Part shown: one piece after another, positions 32,179 to 42,409 of the stretch
How the letters are laid out: each line of letters opens with the position of its first letter
Numbering within the stretch: position 1 is the stretch's first letter
DNA from: an uncultured Acidobacteriota bacterium
GTDB taxonomy: Bacteria; Acidobacteriota; UBA6911
Assembly: GCA_963827655.1 (NCBI GenBank)
Contig: CAWHCF010000023.1
Coordinates: 384,001-448,000, forward strand
DNA length: 64,000 nt
Direction of reading: 5' to 3'
The notes under the pieces: model-generated
The model's database searches: none
Seen by the model: only the letters and a program-made list of their open reading frames with translations
What the model was told of the DNA's origin: nothing
Program-made: the position numbers and the translations under genes

Positions 32179-34131
32179 GTGGCTTCGCGTCTCAGCGTCT
32201 TCGCGGTTGGTTTTGTTCCTTCAGGATATCGAATGCCTGTGCTGCGCGCCGAGCTGCTGAAAGACCTCCTGCTCTGTGGGGCTATCGTCTGGCTTCTCTG
32301 GGTGCCGCTGGGACGCTGGGCGCTGAGCCGTATCGGAAGAGGAAATCTTCCTGATCCGCAAGCCCTCGCCCTGCCTCTGGGAATGGGCGCCTGGGGTTAT
32401 CTGATTTTGATCCTCGGCCTGGCCGGTGCGCTCTACAAGACCGTCCTGATTCTCATCGCCGCATTGCTGTTCCTCACCCTGAGGCTGCATCGTCACTGGA
32501 AGCCGGTCAACCCGGAACTTGCAACAGCGCAGCTCTCGCGATTCGAGCGAATATTCGTCCTGGTCTTCACCGCGATTTCAGCAGCCTATTCGGGGCTGGT
32601 TCTCGCATCGGCGCTCGCCCCCGAGGTCGCCTTCGATGCGCTCAATGTGCACCTGCCATATGCTCGCGACGCCGCAGCCTCACATCGGATAAGCTTCGCG
32701 CCCAACAACTGGAACAGCTCGATGCCGGCCCTGCCGTTGATGTCTTATATCACCGCCTTTCTGATCTCAGGACTGCCGCTGGCGAAGCTGTTCAATGTCG
32801 TCTGCTACCTGGCCTCCGGCGGCGTAACCTACTGGTTTGCCCGCCGATGGTGGAGTCCGCTTCACGGCGCGGCCGCCGCGCTTCTCGTCTGGAGTTCTCC
32901 CGTCGCCTTGTACGAGGCTACGACCGCCCTCGTCGACCTTCCACTTACACTGTACTCGGCCGTCGCCGTGTTTTCGGTTCTCGAGTGGACACGCCGCCAG
33001 GAGTCGTCGTATCTCTGGCTCTCCGCGGCAACGCTGGGGCTGGCGTTGAGCTGCAAGTATCATGCGGCGCTCTGGTTCATTCCCATTCTCTTCATCCTCG
33101 CCTGGCACTGTCTGCGGGGGGGCACGCAAACGCCGCGGCAGTTCGCCCGGCTGGCTCTGGCTTACTCGCTGATTGCCGCAGCCGTTTTCCTTCCCTGGCT
33201 GGTCCGCACCTGGTACTACACGGGAAATCCAGTGTTCCCCGTAGCGAATTCCTTCTTCGCCAGCCCATACTTCACGCCGGCGATGGAGAAAGCGGCTCTT
33301 GCGATGTACGACAACGAAGGTGTGGGCCGTTCCTGGCAGGCGCTCGCTCAGCTTCCCTGGACTGTCACTTTTCATCCCGGTCCATTTCGTGGCAACCTCG
33401 GAGTGCTCTTTCTTCCGGGAGTTGTTCTGGCTCTCGTCCGCGGGAAAACCCCTCAGATCCGTTTCGGATTGGCGCTGGCCGGAGCATACTTTTATCTCTG
33501 GGCCCTCACGCTGCAGGAAATCCGCTACCTGCTGCCCCTGGCCCCCCTCCTGTCGGTGTTGACATCGTTCGGACTCCTGGGAAACAACCCGGCGACCGCG
33601 CAGTCCAGGCCAAGACTCGCGTACGCCGGTCTTGTCCTGATTCTGTGCGCATCCGTCATGAGCTTCCCCTCGGTTTATCCACTCTGGACGAAAGAATGGA
33701 CGTACTGGCACAGTTATCAATCGCCGCTCTCCTATCTCCTGGGCCGAGAGACCCGGCAGGACTTCATGCGCCGGGACGTCCCCTCGGTCTACGTTTACGA
33801 CTTCATCAACGAAAAGCTCGCGGCGCCGGACCGGATCTTGTTGTTGAACGACGCCTCGCAGTTCTACTCCCGGGTCCCAACGCTGTACTCGTATACCGTG
33901 GAGGGGGAAGAAATCTTGCTGCAGGAAACAGCGGACGGCGTCGTGCGCAAGCTGAAGGAATCGGGTATTACCCACGTGCTGCTGAACTACAACGACATTG
34001 CTCCATTGCCCGGAGTGGTTCCCAGGCAGGGTGTATATTTCTTCCTGGACCGCACGTTCCAGGAAAAGCACCTGCGAGCTATTTATTCCAGCAACAATGT
34101 AGTCTTGTATCGATTGGCGAATGACGATTGA
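32179..34131 (+). CDS. GT39/ArnT-like membrane glycosyltransferase
   Basis: Multi-TM protein; DALNVHLPYA, PWLVRTWYYTGNPVFP and RYLLP. Confidence 0.8.
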   Translation: MASRLSVFAVGFVPSGYRMPVLRAELLKDLLLCGAIVWLLWVPLGRWALSRIGRGNLPDPQALALPLGMGAWGYLILILGLAGALYKTVLILIAALLFLTLRLHRHWKPVNPELATAQLSRFERIFVLVFTAISAAYSGLVLASALAPEVAFDALNVHLPYARDAAASHRISFAPNNWNSSMPALPLMSYITAFLISGLPLAKLFNVVCYLASGGVTYWFARRWWSPLHGAAAALLVWSSPVALYEATTALVDLPLTLYSAVAVFSVLEWTRRQESSYLWLSAATLGLALSCKYHAALWFIPILFILAWHCLRGGTQTPRQFARLALAYSLIAAAVFLPWLVRTWYYTGNPVFPVANSFFASPYFTPAMEKAALAMYDNEGVGRSWQALAQLPWTVTFHPGPFRGNLGVLFLPGVVLALVRGKTPQIRFGLALAGAYFYLWALTLQEIRYLLPLAPLLSVLTSFGLLGNNPATAQSRPRLAYAGLVLILCASVMSFPSVYPLWTKEWTYWHSYQSPLSYLLGRETRQDFMRRDVPSVYVYDFINEKLAAPDRILLLNDASQFYSRVPTLYSYTVEGEEILLQETADGVVRKLKESGITHVLLNYNDIAPLPGVVPRQGVYFFLDRTFQEKHLRAIYSSNNVVLYRLANDD

Positions 34132-34249
34132 CGATTGGCAGACTCAGGATCACGAAACCCTTGGTGGGCGCCGGCCGCTTGTGGCATAATCCGACTATCC
34201 CTGGTCTCAATCTCAGCCAACGACATTGCCTGTTGAACGGAGGAAGTTC

Positions 34250-37200
34250 ATGCGCAAGATGCTCATTCTCGCCGCAATGTTTGCCGCCGCGGCGTCATGC
34301 TACGCCCAGACGCCTGACGGCCGCATCTCAGGCATCGTGACCGACTCGACGGGTGCTGTCGTCCCTGGGGTCGAGATCGAGGTGACAAGCGAGGATACGG
34401 GCAACCGGGTCTCGTCTATCTCCGACGACCAGGGGCGGTATATCGTTCCCCGCGTACCGCCCGGGCGCTGGCGCGTGACGGCCAAGCTGACCGGCTTCCG
34501 CGGTTACCAGCGCACGCCGGTCGTGGTCGGAACGGCCGAGCATCTCGAGATTGACATCCGGCTCGAGGTCGGCGAAGTGACCGAGACCGTGACGGTCAGC
34601 GGCGCGGCTCCACTCCTCGAGACCAACACCTCCGACATCAGCCAGCTCATCGAGTCGAAGAACGTGACCGACCTCCCGCTCAACGGGCGGCGCGCAATCA
34701 GCATCGCCGCCGTGGTGCCGGCCACCGTCTGGGTAAACTACTCCGGCAACGCCAAGCCGAACTTCAGCCTCGCCGGTGGGCGGACCCAGAGCCAGGTCTT
34801 CTGGATCGACGGCGGCAACGGCCAGAACATGAGGCTCGGCGTCGGCCAGATCGACAGCGACCCGCCGGTCGAAGTCGTGCGCGAGTTCCGCATCCTCTCG
34901 AACAACTACTCGGCCGAGTACGGCGGCTCGGCCGGAGGGCTGATCATCCTGACGACCAAGTCAGGAACCAACGAGTTCCACGGCAGCCTCTTCGAATACC
35001 TGCGCAACGACGCCTTCGACGCGGCCAACTTCTTTGCGCCCATCGACTCGACGACAGGCGACAAAAGCAAGGCCCCGCTCCGGTACAACCTGTTCGGCGG
35101 GACCGCCGGCGGCCCGATCGTGCGCAACCGAACCCACTTCTTTGCGGGGTACGAAGGGACGCGCCAACGCGTCGGGAGCACCGAGATCCTGACTGTCCCC
35201 ACGGCGCTCGAACGCGCCGGCGACTTTTCCCAGACCCGCAACGCTGCGGGGGCTGTGATACCGATCTACGATCCCTCGACGACCCGCACCGAAGCGGGCC
35301 GGACCGTTCGTGACCGCTTCCCGGACAACCGCATTCCCCAGGGGCGGCTCGACCCGGTTGCGCTCAAGATCCTTAACTTTTACCCGGTTCCGAACCGGCC
35401 CGCGACAAATCTCGCCGGGGCCAACAACTTCGCCGGCAACTGGACCGAGCGGTTCGACCGGGACAATGTCACGGCTCGGGTCGACCACGTCCTTTCGGAC
35501 AAGGACAAGGTCTACGCCCGCTACATCTTCAACGAAGATCCGCTGTCGAACACCACGGTGCTCCCGGACCCGCGCACGAACACGCGCAACTTCAGCGACC
35601 GGTTCCAGCACAACATCCTGGGCACATGGAGCCGGACCCTGTCGCCCCGCTGGCTGAACGAGCTGCGCTACACCTTCGCGACCCGCCGGTTCCACAACCG
35701 CAGCGAGGGGCTCGAAGGCAACTGGGATCAGGAGCTCGGCCTGAGCGGCATCTCCGGCGAGGCCTTCCCGCAGTTCACGGTGGCGGGAATCGCGACACTG
35801 GGATCGGGCACCCACGAGCGTCGACAGTTCCCGATTCGGCAGCACCAGCTGATCGAGAGCGTCACGGTGATCCAAGGCAATCATGCGCTGAAGTTCGGGA
35901 CCGAGTTGCGGAAGTCGACGAACTTCGAGGTCCTTCGCACTTCGATCTCGGGCCAGTTCAACTTCGGGGCCCAGCCCACGGGGTTGCCGGGAACCGGCGG
36001 AACCGGGTTTGGCTTCGCCAGCCTGCTCGTCGGGTTTCCGAACTCGTTTACGCTGCGCGAGACCGAGCCCCTGATCCGCGATAGCTGGTATCTGTCCGGG
36101 TATGTCCAGGACGACTGGAAGGTGAGACCGAACCTGACGCTCAACCTCGGGCTGCGATGGGAGACCGACACACCGATGGTCGATCGGAACCAGCGCATGA
36201 ACGGCTTCGATGCGGTGCCGATCAACCCGGTATCGGGCACGCCCGGCGTCGTTCGCTTCGCCGGACAGGATGGCTGGCCGAACCGGCTGGCTGATCCCGA
36301 CTGGAACAACTTCGGTCCGCGGTTCGGACTGGCCTGGCGGCCGTTCGGCCGCCAGAAGACCGTGATCCGGGCCGGATTCGGAGTCTTCTTCGCGCATCCC
36401 TACGACGCCGGCGTTCCCAACCAGGCCTCGCTCGGGTTCGAGAAGTCCGCCAGCCTCCAGACGCCGGACAACGGCATCACCGCGCCCTTTCTGCTCGCCA
36501 ACGGAGTGCCGCCGGTCCAGCTCACCGGCGCCGAGCGGAATGCGGGCTTCGGCGCCGTGGAGGTCGGGAGGCCGACGACCACCAATGTCACTTTTTTCGA
36601 GCCGGGCCGAAGGACTGGTTACTCGCAGCAGTTCAACCTGGGGGTGCAACACGAGCTGTTCGGCGTTCTGGTCGAGGCGGGCTATCTTGGGAATCTTTCG
36701 CGGAAGCTCGCCAACGACAATGTGACGCTTAACCAGATTCCTACCGAGAGGATGGGACCGGCAGCAACCCAGCGCGACCGGCCTTTCCCACAGTTTTCGA
36801 ACGTGACGCTGCAGCGGCCGAGCTTCGCCGTGACGGACTACCACGCCGGGTTTGCAAAAGTCGAGCGGCGGTTCTCTGGCGGAGTAAGCTTCCTCGCGAG
36901 CTACACCTGGGCGAAGAACGTCGGCAACGCGGGTCCCGGCAGCGATGGCCTCGGCGATACCCAGCCGTACCAGGACTACTACAACCGGCGCCTGGATAAG
37001 GGCCCGAGCGAGCTCGACATCAACCACAGGTTCACCTGGAGCTCGGTCTACGAGCTTCCGTTCGGGGCCGGCCGCCGCTGGCTGGCCACCAATCCCCTTC
37101 GGCACCTGGTCGGCGGCTGGTCGCTCGGCTCGATTGCCGTGCTTCAGAGCGCGCCGCCGATGTCGCTCTGGACACAGACCAACACGACCAGCGCGTTCTC

Positions 37201-37555
37201 GGCCGGAGCGCAGCGGGTGAATCTCCTGCGCGACCCCAACCTGCCGGCTTCGGAACGCACCGTTGATCGCTGGTTCGACACCGACGCGGTCGTCGCGCCC
37301 CCAGCTTTCACCTTCGGAAGCGCCGGCAACGGCATCGTCCGGGCCGACGGGAAGGTGAACTTCGATTTCTCGCTGATCAAGAACTTCTCGTTTTCGGAGC
37401 AACGCGTCGTTCAGGTGCGGGTTGAAACGTTCAATTCGTTCAATCACCCGAACTTCGATCTGCCCGGGCGAGCTCTCGGCGGACCGGGTTTCGGAGTGAT
37501 CTCAAGCGCCGACCCGGGCCGAATCATCCAGTTCGGCGTGCGCGTGGCTTTTTAA
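34250..37555 (+). CDS. TonB-dependent receptor (Oar-like) with carboxypeptidase-regulatory-like N-domain
   Basis: ISGIVTDSTGAVVPG, LPLNGR, KSGTNEFHG, YVQDDWKV, LNLGLRW, NNFGPR and terminal Phe. Confidence 0.93.
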   Translation: MRKMLILAAMFAAAASCYAQTPDGRISGIVTDSTGAVVPGVEIEVTSEDTGNRVSSISDDQGRYIVPRVPPGRWRVTAKLTGFRGYQRTPVVVGTAEHLEIDIRLEVGEVTETVTVSGAAPLLETNTSDISQLIESKNVTDLPLNGRRAISIAAVVPATVWVNYSGNAKPNFSLAGGRTQSQVFWIDGGNGQNMRLGVGQIDSDPPVEVVREFRILSNNYSAEYGGSAGGLIILTTKSGTNEFHGSLFEYLRNDAFDAANFFAPIDSTTGDKSKAPLRYNLFGGTAGGPIVRNRTHFFAGYEGTRQRVGSTEILTVPTALERAGDFSQTRNAAGAVIPIYDPSTTRTEAGRTVRDRFPDNRIPQGRLDPVALKILNFYPVPNRPATNLAGANNFAGNWTERFDRDNVTARVDHVLSDKDKVYARYIFNEDPLSNTTVLPDPRTNTRNFSDRFQHNILGTWSRTLSPRWLNELRYTFATRRFHNRSEGLEGNWDQELGLSGISGEAFPQFTVAGIATLGSGTHERRQFPIRQHQLIESVTVIQGNHALKFGTELRKSTNFEVLRTSISGQFNFGAQPTGLPGTGGTGFGFASLLVGFPNSFTLRETEPLIRDSWYLSGYVQDDWKVRPNLTLNLGLRWETDTPMVDRNQRMNGFDAVPINPVSGTPGVVRFAGQDGWPNRLADPDWNNFGPRFGLAWRPFGRQKTVIRAGFGVFFAHPYDAGVPNQASLGFEKSASLQTPDNGITAPFLLANGVPPVQLTGAERNAGFGAVEVGRPTTTNVTFFEPGRRTGYSQQFNLGVQHELFGVLVEAGYLGNLSRKLANDNVTLNQIPTERMGPAATQRDRPFPQFSNVTLQRPSFAVTDYHAGFAKVERRFSGGVSFLASYTWAKNVGNAGPGSDGLGDTQPYQDYYNRRLDKGPSELDINHRFTWSSVYELPFGAGRRWLATNPLRHLVGGWSLGSIAVLQSAPPMSLWTQTNTTSAFSAGAQRVNLLRDPNLPASERTVDRWFDTDAVVAPPAFTFGSAGNGIVRADGKVNFDFSLIKNFSFSEQRVVQVRVETFNSFNHPNFDLPGRALGGPGFGVISSADPGRIIQFGVRVAF

Positions 37556-37814
37556 AACACGGCCTCGGGGAATGCCGCATTCCGGACTCTAACAGAAGAA
37601 TCGGCAACACAGTTGCCTCGATCAGCCAGGCGGATTCAAAGCTGGCCCTTGGGCCTCCCCACACCGGGTCCGATCGACAAGACCCGGTCATCACGGTGCC
37701 AATTCAACTGTTACCACTCCACCGGTCATCGAATGAATTCACGACTCACGACTGTGCAGATCGGTGAACAGCGACCGGGGATTCAATCGTCAATCGTCAA
37801 TTGAGATTAATCCG

Positions 37815-38381
37815 GTGACGAAAGAGCATTACACCTGGTTCGACCGCTGGGTCGCCGGCATGCGCTACCGCGCGGCCGAGAAATACATTACACCGGACAG
37901 CAGGGTGTGTGATGTCGGCTGCGGAGTCGATGCGCTCTTCCTCAAGAAACTCGTCCCGCTAACTCGATGCCGGGTTGGGCTCGACTACCAGGAAATCACG
38001 GAAAAGGTTCCGGGCACGGAGTTTTTCAAGGTTGATGTCACAGGGGCATTTCCGCTGCGGGATGCCGCTTTCGATCACGTGACCTTGCTGGCGGTAATCG
38101 AGCATTTGACAGACCCGAGTCTGGTTTTCAAAGAAACCTACCGCGTGCTGGCGCCCGGAGGCTCGCTGATCGTGACCTGGCCTCACGCCTGGGTAGATCA
38201 GATTCTGATTGTGCTTTGGAAAATCGGCCTGGTGAGCCCGACCACCGAGTTCCACAAACATCAGCCCCGCAAGCCCGCCGCTTATTGTACGAAGCTGCTG
38301 CGAGACCTGGGCTTTGTCGAGATCAGGCACAGCACTTTCGAGTTCGGTCTGAACAACCTGCTGGTAGCCGTCAAGCCGTGA
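37815..38381 (+). CDS. Class I SAM-dependent methyltransferase
   Basis: VCDVGCG, LAVIEH and RVLAPGG; type commonly found beside glycosyltransferases. Confidence 0.9.
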   Translation: MTKEHYTWFDRWVAGMRYRAAEKYITPDSRVCDVGCGVDALFLKKLVPLTRCRVGLDYQEITEKVPGTEFFKVDVTGAFPLRDAAFDHVTLLAVIEHLTDPSLVFKETYRVLAPGGSLIVTWPHAWVDQILIVLWKIGLVSPTTEFHKHQPRKPAAYCTKLLRDLGFVEIRHSTFEFGLNNLLVAVKP

Positions 38382-38750
38382 TCGATCACGCCGGTGCCGT
38401 CAGCTGCGAATTTCATTGCGCGGCACCAGCGGCGGCACTCTTGGAGGGCGCGCTTCGCTCCAGGCGAAGATTGCTTCGCCTTGCATCAGCACGGCTTTGA
38501 CATCGACAACGATGCCTACTTAGGGCTTGCGTTGAACTCTACTCGTGGCACATTCTGGCCTCTTTTGACTCCGGTATTCAGGCCTTTGCATCGGCACAAC
38601 GAAGCTCTGCGCTGGAGATCGTGCCGGTCAAGTGAAGGGCAACCGGATCCCCGGCTTGGGTGGGCCAGACCAGCGCGTCTCGATCCGTCGGTGGGCCGCC
38701 GCAATCGTCGGGACTTCTATCCGCCCGAAGCCGCAAAAATCGCCCGTTCC

Positions 38751-40370
38751 CTATCGGTTTCCCACGCGCTGAATTGACGGACCGCTGGAGGTGAAAGATA
38801 ACACCACTCCGACTCGATTCTGCACGGCGGTGGCCTGGTCCGGTGCGGCGCGTGGGAAGAGAAACAATTCCTCGAAGGCACGTTGAAGGGGTGTGGACGG
38901 AAAAACCAACTGAGGATAGATTCCATGCACATGCCACAGCGGAAGAATTGCCTGGGGATCCGGAGTGACCACGGCGATTCGTTGCCCATAGGGAAGCTGG
39001 TCCAGGGCCTGGTGATACGGTAGCCATTGCGCGCGGTAAAAACCGGCATCCTGGCGGCGTGTGTCCACGTAGAAACCGATAGCCGCGCCGTGCAATATCA
39101 GAACAACCAGCGCGCCCACCCAGAATCGACGGCGCTCGCTGTTCCTGGTCACACGCGCAACCCACTCCCAGATCAGGTATCCCATAAAGATTGAGGCCAG
39201 AGCGAGCGGGATGAAATAGTAATGAAAGCTCGCCCGGTGGATCAGGACCGGCGCCATCAGCACCCAGTAGGCAGCGAGCCAGGCGATTCGGCTGCGACTC
39301 CCCGGGTGTATCCTGAGATACATGATCAGTCCCAGCAAGGCGCATACAAGAAAGAGGCATTCTGCCAGGGCAAACATCCCCTCATAGGTGGAACCCATGG
39401 TGTAAAGCTTCAGAAAAACCGGCACTCGGCTCGCGAGGTAGGCCGGGGTGCGTTCGATCGCCTTGAGATAGTCAGGCGCAATCGCACCGGGCGCATCGGA
39501 AGCCGCCGAGTCGCGACCCGGCATATACTCGTATGAGAAGCGGGCAAAGACGGGCCAGTTCATCTGCAGACTTCCCACCCACAGAGCCAAGCCGGCGCCG
39601 GCGGCGAACAGAGCGGCCATCGGCAGGCGGCTCCTCAGCCGGCGAGGGATCGCGTCGTCCCGGGCGTGTTTTTCGAAAAGGATCTGAAAGAAAACAAAAG
39701 GAATCAGCAGCCCTGCCAGGTGAATCTTCGTGTAAAAGGCCGCCGCCGCGCACAACGCGGCGGAAACTGCGGACAGGTAAGCCTTGCCGCGTTCCCCGGC
39801 CGCCGCGTGTTCCTGTAAATTCCAGACTGAGATGATTGTTCCCAGGAAAAAAACCACCAGGAGAGGTTCAGGGGAGATCCGGCTCAGGAAGAAAAGAGTG
39901 GGAAACGAGGTCGCATAGGCCAGCACTGCCAGCAGGCAGGCCGACCGGTCAGGCAATAGTCTGCGCGCGAAACGATACAACACGTAAAAAGACAAGACAT
40001 GCAGGGCGGTCACGGCGACTTCACAGATGAAAAAGAGCCAGTGGATGTTCTTCGCGATGAAAGGTTCAAAAGCGACACTCTCGCCAAAAAACGAATGCCC
40101 AACGTGAAACCCGCGCAGGATAAGGTGCACGAAGAGCTGCAGAGTCAACCCTGGATGTCCGAAGGATGAGCGATCGGCACCGAAAAAGTGAACGGCGGCG
40201 CCGAAATAGAATCCCCCCGGATCCCCGTGATGCCAGAACGGAACATCGAAGACGTAGTTGGTCCAGAAACCACACGGTGCCAGATAACTGGTTATGGCAG
40301 AGGAAACCAGCAGAGTGGCGGTCAGCGCCGGCCAGAAGCCGCGCGCAGGACCAGCGTCTTTAGATCTCAT
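38751..40370 (-). CDS. Multi-pass membrane protein, probable GT-C glycosyltransferase
   Basis: About 12 hydrophobic segments; DP..Y...A and GHPG loop, PE and TK motifs, HYYFIP. Confidence 0.65.
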   Translation of the reverse strand: MRSKDAGPARGFWPALTATLLVSSAITSYLAPCGFWTNYVFDVPFWHHGDPGGFYFGAAVHFFGADRSSFGHPGLTLQLFVHLILRGFHVGHSFFGESVAFEPFIAKNIHWLFFICEVAVTALHVLSFYVLYRFARRLLPDRSACLLAVLAYATSFPTLFFLSRISPEPLLVVFFLGTIISVWNLQEHAAAGERGKAYLSAVSAALCAAAAFYTKIHLAGLLIPFVFFQILFEKHARDDAIPRRLRSRLPMAALFAAGAGLALWVGSLQMNWPVFARFSYEYMPGRDSAASDAPGAIAPDYLKAIERTPAYLASRVPVFLKLYTMGSTYEGMFALAECLFLVCALLGLIMYLRIHPGSRSRIAWLAAYWVLMAPVLIHRASFHYYFIPLALASIFMGYLIWEWVARVTRNSERRRFWVGALVVLILHGAAIGFYVDTRRQDAGFYRAQWLPYHQALDQLPYGQRIAVVTPDPQAILPLWHVHGIYPQLVFPSTPLQRAFEELFLFPRAAPDQATAVQNRVGVVLSFTSSGPSIQRVGNR

Positions 40371-40426
40371 GTTTTGGACTATTCGTGGTTAATGCTGTGA
40401 AACAAGCCCACCACGAAGACGCGAAG

Positions 40427-41530
40427 CTATCGGAGCTTGATCGTGTCGATCGTGACGATATCCCAGTACGAGTACAGCTGATTTGTGCTGAAGTTCTTGA
40501 GGAACGGCTTCGCCCACTGGAGGATCTGCGTGAATGCGTAGCCTGGAACCGCGTCCGGGTGAGGAATTCGATTGCTCCAGTAGGCGCGAATAAAAACCGA
40601 ATTCTCGTGCAGGGGCAGTTCCCGGGCATTCTCCAGGAACTGTCCCCAACCCAGGTTGCGCACCAGATACTGCTCAACGTTGGAGGTGTAAAAGACCGTC
40701 ACTTTCTCGTCCCGTTCTTTCAAGAACCGGCCGATTTCCCTCAACGAGTGCGATCCCGCGAAGTCTCCGACTACAGGAATGATTCGATTCTCTTCCTGCA
40801 TTCGTTTCAGGTACCTGAACTCTTGCGCGCTGTTCAGAAAATTCTGTTTCCGCCCGTCGAGGTCGCTTTCCAGCAGAAACTCGCCGTAGGTCGGCACCGG
40901 AATATAGTCGTACTTGATGGAGAGTCCTCGCAGAGAGAATGCCCTGTGAATCTTGTCAATGGTGGCCATGTCCTGGTCGGTCAAATTCAACCGGCAGGCA
41001 TTCTTGAGGAACAGGCGAATGCGGGCTTGATTCCTCGAGTACAGGATGGAGTCGGGGCTGGCGGTGCGAAAATACTCGACCAGATCATCGACCGTGTATC
41101 CGTCCTTCGGCAGTTTGTTGCCGTGCATGGGACGACTCAGGAGCATCGAGAGATACTCTCGCCGGTCGCGCGCGTAGTGGAACAACGCCTTGAACAGGAG
41201 ATGCTCGAGGAAGTTCTGCCGCCGAATATCGATGATGAATGCATAACGCGGTTTGAGCTTGGCAATGTAAGTGAAGTTCTGGTTTGGCCCGACGCCCAGG
41301 TAAACACCGCCCTGGATTCCAAGCTCCCGCAGCTTCCCAAGCGGATGCAAGTAGGAGGCTTCGTTGGAAACATAGTTGTCGTTCCAGAAATATCCACTCT
41401 CCTCATTGACACGCTGGATCAGTTGAGCGAATTGGCTCGCCGTGAAGGGAGGGGCCTCGTGTTCCGAGGACAGGACCGGTAGCGTTAGGAGAGCCAGGAT
41501 CCAAAGGAGCCCGGCACGGGAGAATTTCAT
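40427..41530 (-). CDS. Secreted conserved hypothetical protein (LIC_10091-like)
   Basis: Signal peptide; DNYVSNE, GVYLGVGPNQNFTYIA and FYTSNVEQYL. Confidence 0.65.
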   Translation of the reverse strand: MKFSRAGLLWILALLTLPVLSSEHEAPPFTASQFAQLIQRVNEESGYFWNDNYVSNEASYLHPLGKLRELGIQGGVYLGVGPNQNFTYIAKLKPRYAFIIDIRRQNFLEHLLFKALFHYARDRREYLSMLLSRPMHGNKLPKDGYTVDDLVEYFRTASPDSILYSRNQARIRLFLKNACRLNLTDQDMATIDKIHRAFSLRGLSIKYDYIPVPTYGEFLLESDLDGRKQNFLNSAQEFRYLKRMQEENRIIPVVGDFAGSHSLREIGRFLKERDEKVTVFYTSNVEQYLVRNLGWGQFLENARELPLHENSVFIRAYWSNRIPHPDAVPGYAFTQILQWAKPFLKNFSTNQLYSYWDIVTIDTIKLR

Positions 41531-41554
41531 CTATGAGGTTTTACCAGGAAAATT

Positions 41555-41679
41555 GGTGACAGGCTACGCTTTTCCCCATTTCAATGCCGCACAGAAGGAC
41601 TTCAGCGAAAGGCCACGCATTCAGTTTAGCCGGCCCTCAGGGTGACCGGTTGAAATTGGGAAAAGCGTAGCCTGTCACC
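41555..41679. repeat. Long inverted repeat (REP/MITE-like)
   Basis: 30-bp arms at 41555-41584 and 41650-41679, 29/30 complementary. Confidence 0.85.
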
Positions 41680-41709
41680 TTGTAATGATGTAGCCTTCTG
41701 AAGTCTACG

Positions 41710-42351
41710 ATGCGCATTCCACTTCACACGCGGGCCCTGAAAGTTGCGGCATTAATCGTGGCTCTTCTGGTCGCTGCTTGCGCCCGGAAGCCGGCCGAGG
41801 AGAAGGCAAAGCTCGACCCCCTGGTCGAAGAAAGGAGGCAAAGGGACCTTGCTTTCAAATCCGGTCCCGAATCCCCCCTCCGCGACGAGGACAAGTCGCG
41901 CTTTGTGGCGCTGAACTACTACGACGCCAACCCTGAATTGCGTTTCCAGGCTGTCCTGCATCGGCATCCGACGCCGCAAACCATACGGATAGCAACCAAT
42001 ACCACTGAAGAACGATATGCTCTGCGCTACGGCTATTTCGAGTTTCAGGTCGAAGGCCAAACCTGCAGATTGCAGGTCTATCGGATGCTCGATGACCCGC
42101 CGCCGGGCCAGGCAATGCTATTTGTGCCCTTCCGTGATCAAACTTCGGGGCGGGAAAGCTATGGAGGCGGACGATACATCGACCTGCGTGAGAATACCTC
42201 GGGGATTTATGACCTCGATTTCAACCGTGCCTACAATCCCTCCTGCGCCTATGGAAAGGACTACAGCTGTCCGGTTCCACCGAGAGAGAACACGCTCGCT
42301 GTTCCCATCCGAGCCGGTGAGAAGAAGTACTCGCTTGCGGAAGTCCACTAA
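41710..42351 (+). CDS. DUF1684 lipoprotein
   Basis: Lipobox VAAC; FRDQTSG.ESYGGGRY, DFNRAYNPSCAY and IRAGEK. Confidence 0.92.
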   Translation: MRIPLHTRALKVAALIVALLVAACARKPAEEKAKLDPLVEERRQRDLAFKSGPESPLRDEDKSRFVALNYYDANPELRFQAVLHRHPTPQTIRIATNTTEERYALRYGYFEFQVEGQTCRLQVYRMLDDPPPGQAMLFVPFRDQTSGRESYGGGRYIDLRENTSGIYDLDFNRAYNPSCAYGKDYSCPVPPRENTLAVPIRAGEKKYSLAEVH

Positions 42352-42356
42352 CCTTC

Positions 42357-42409
42357 CGATTTACGATTGACGATTGACGATTGACGATTTATTGACGATT
42401 GACGATTGA
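42357..42409. repeat. Heptamer (CGATTGA)n tandem repeat
   Basis: Same unit as 302-365. Confidence 0.9.

Noticed and set aside
34961-37447. Long antisense ORFs (828 aa here; also 32767-34071, 53264-54535, 59049-60338)
   Set aside because: Shadows of genes with strong GC3 codon bias; no motifs
38394-38750. Possible gene remnant between the methyltransferase and the membrane protein
   Set aside because: Only a faint PIN-like phrase (DIDNDAYLGLAL); insufficient evidence
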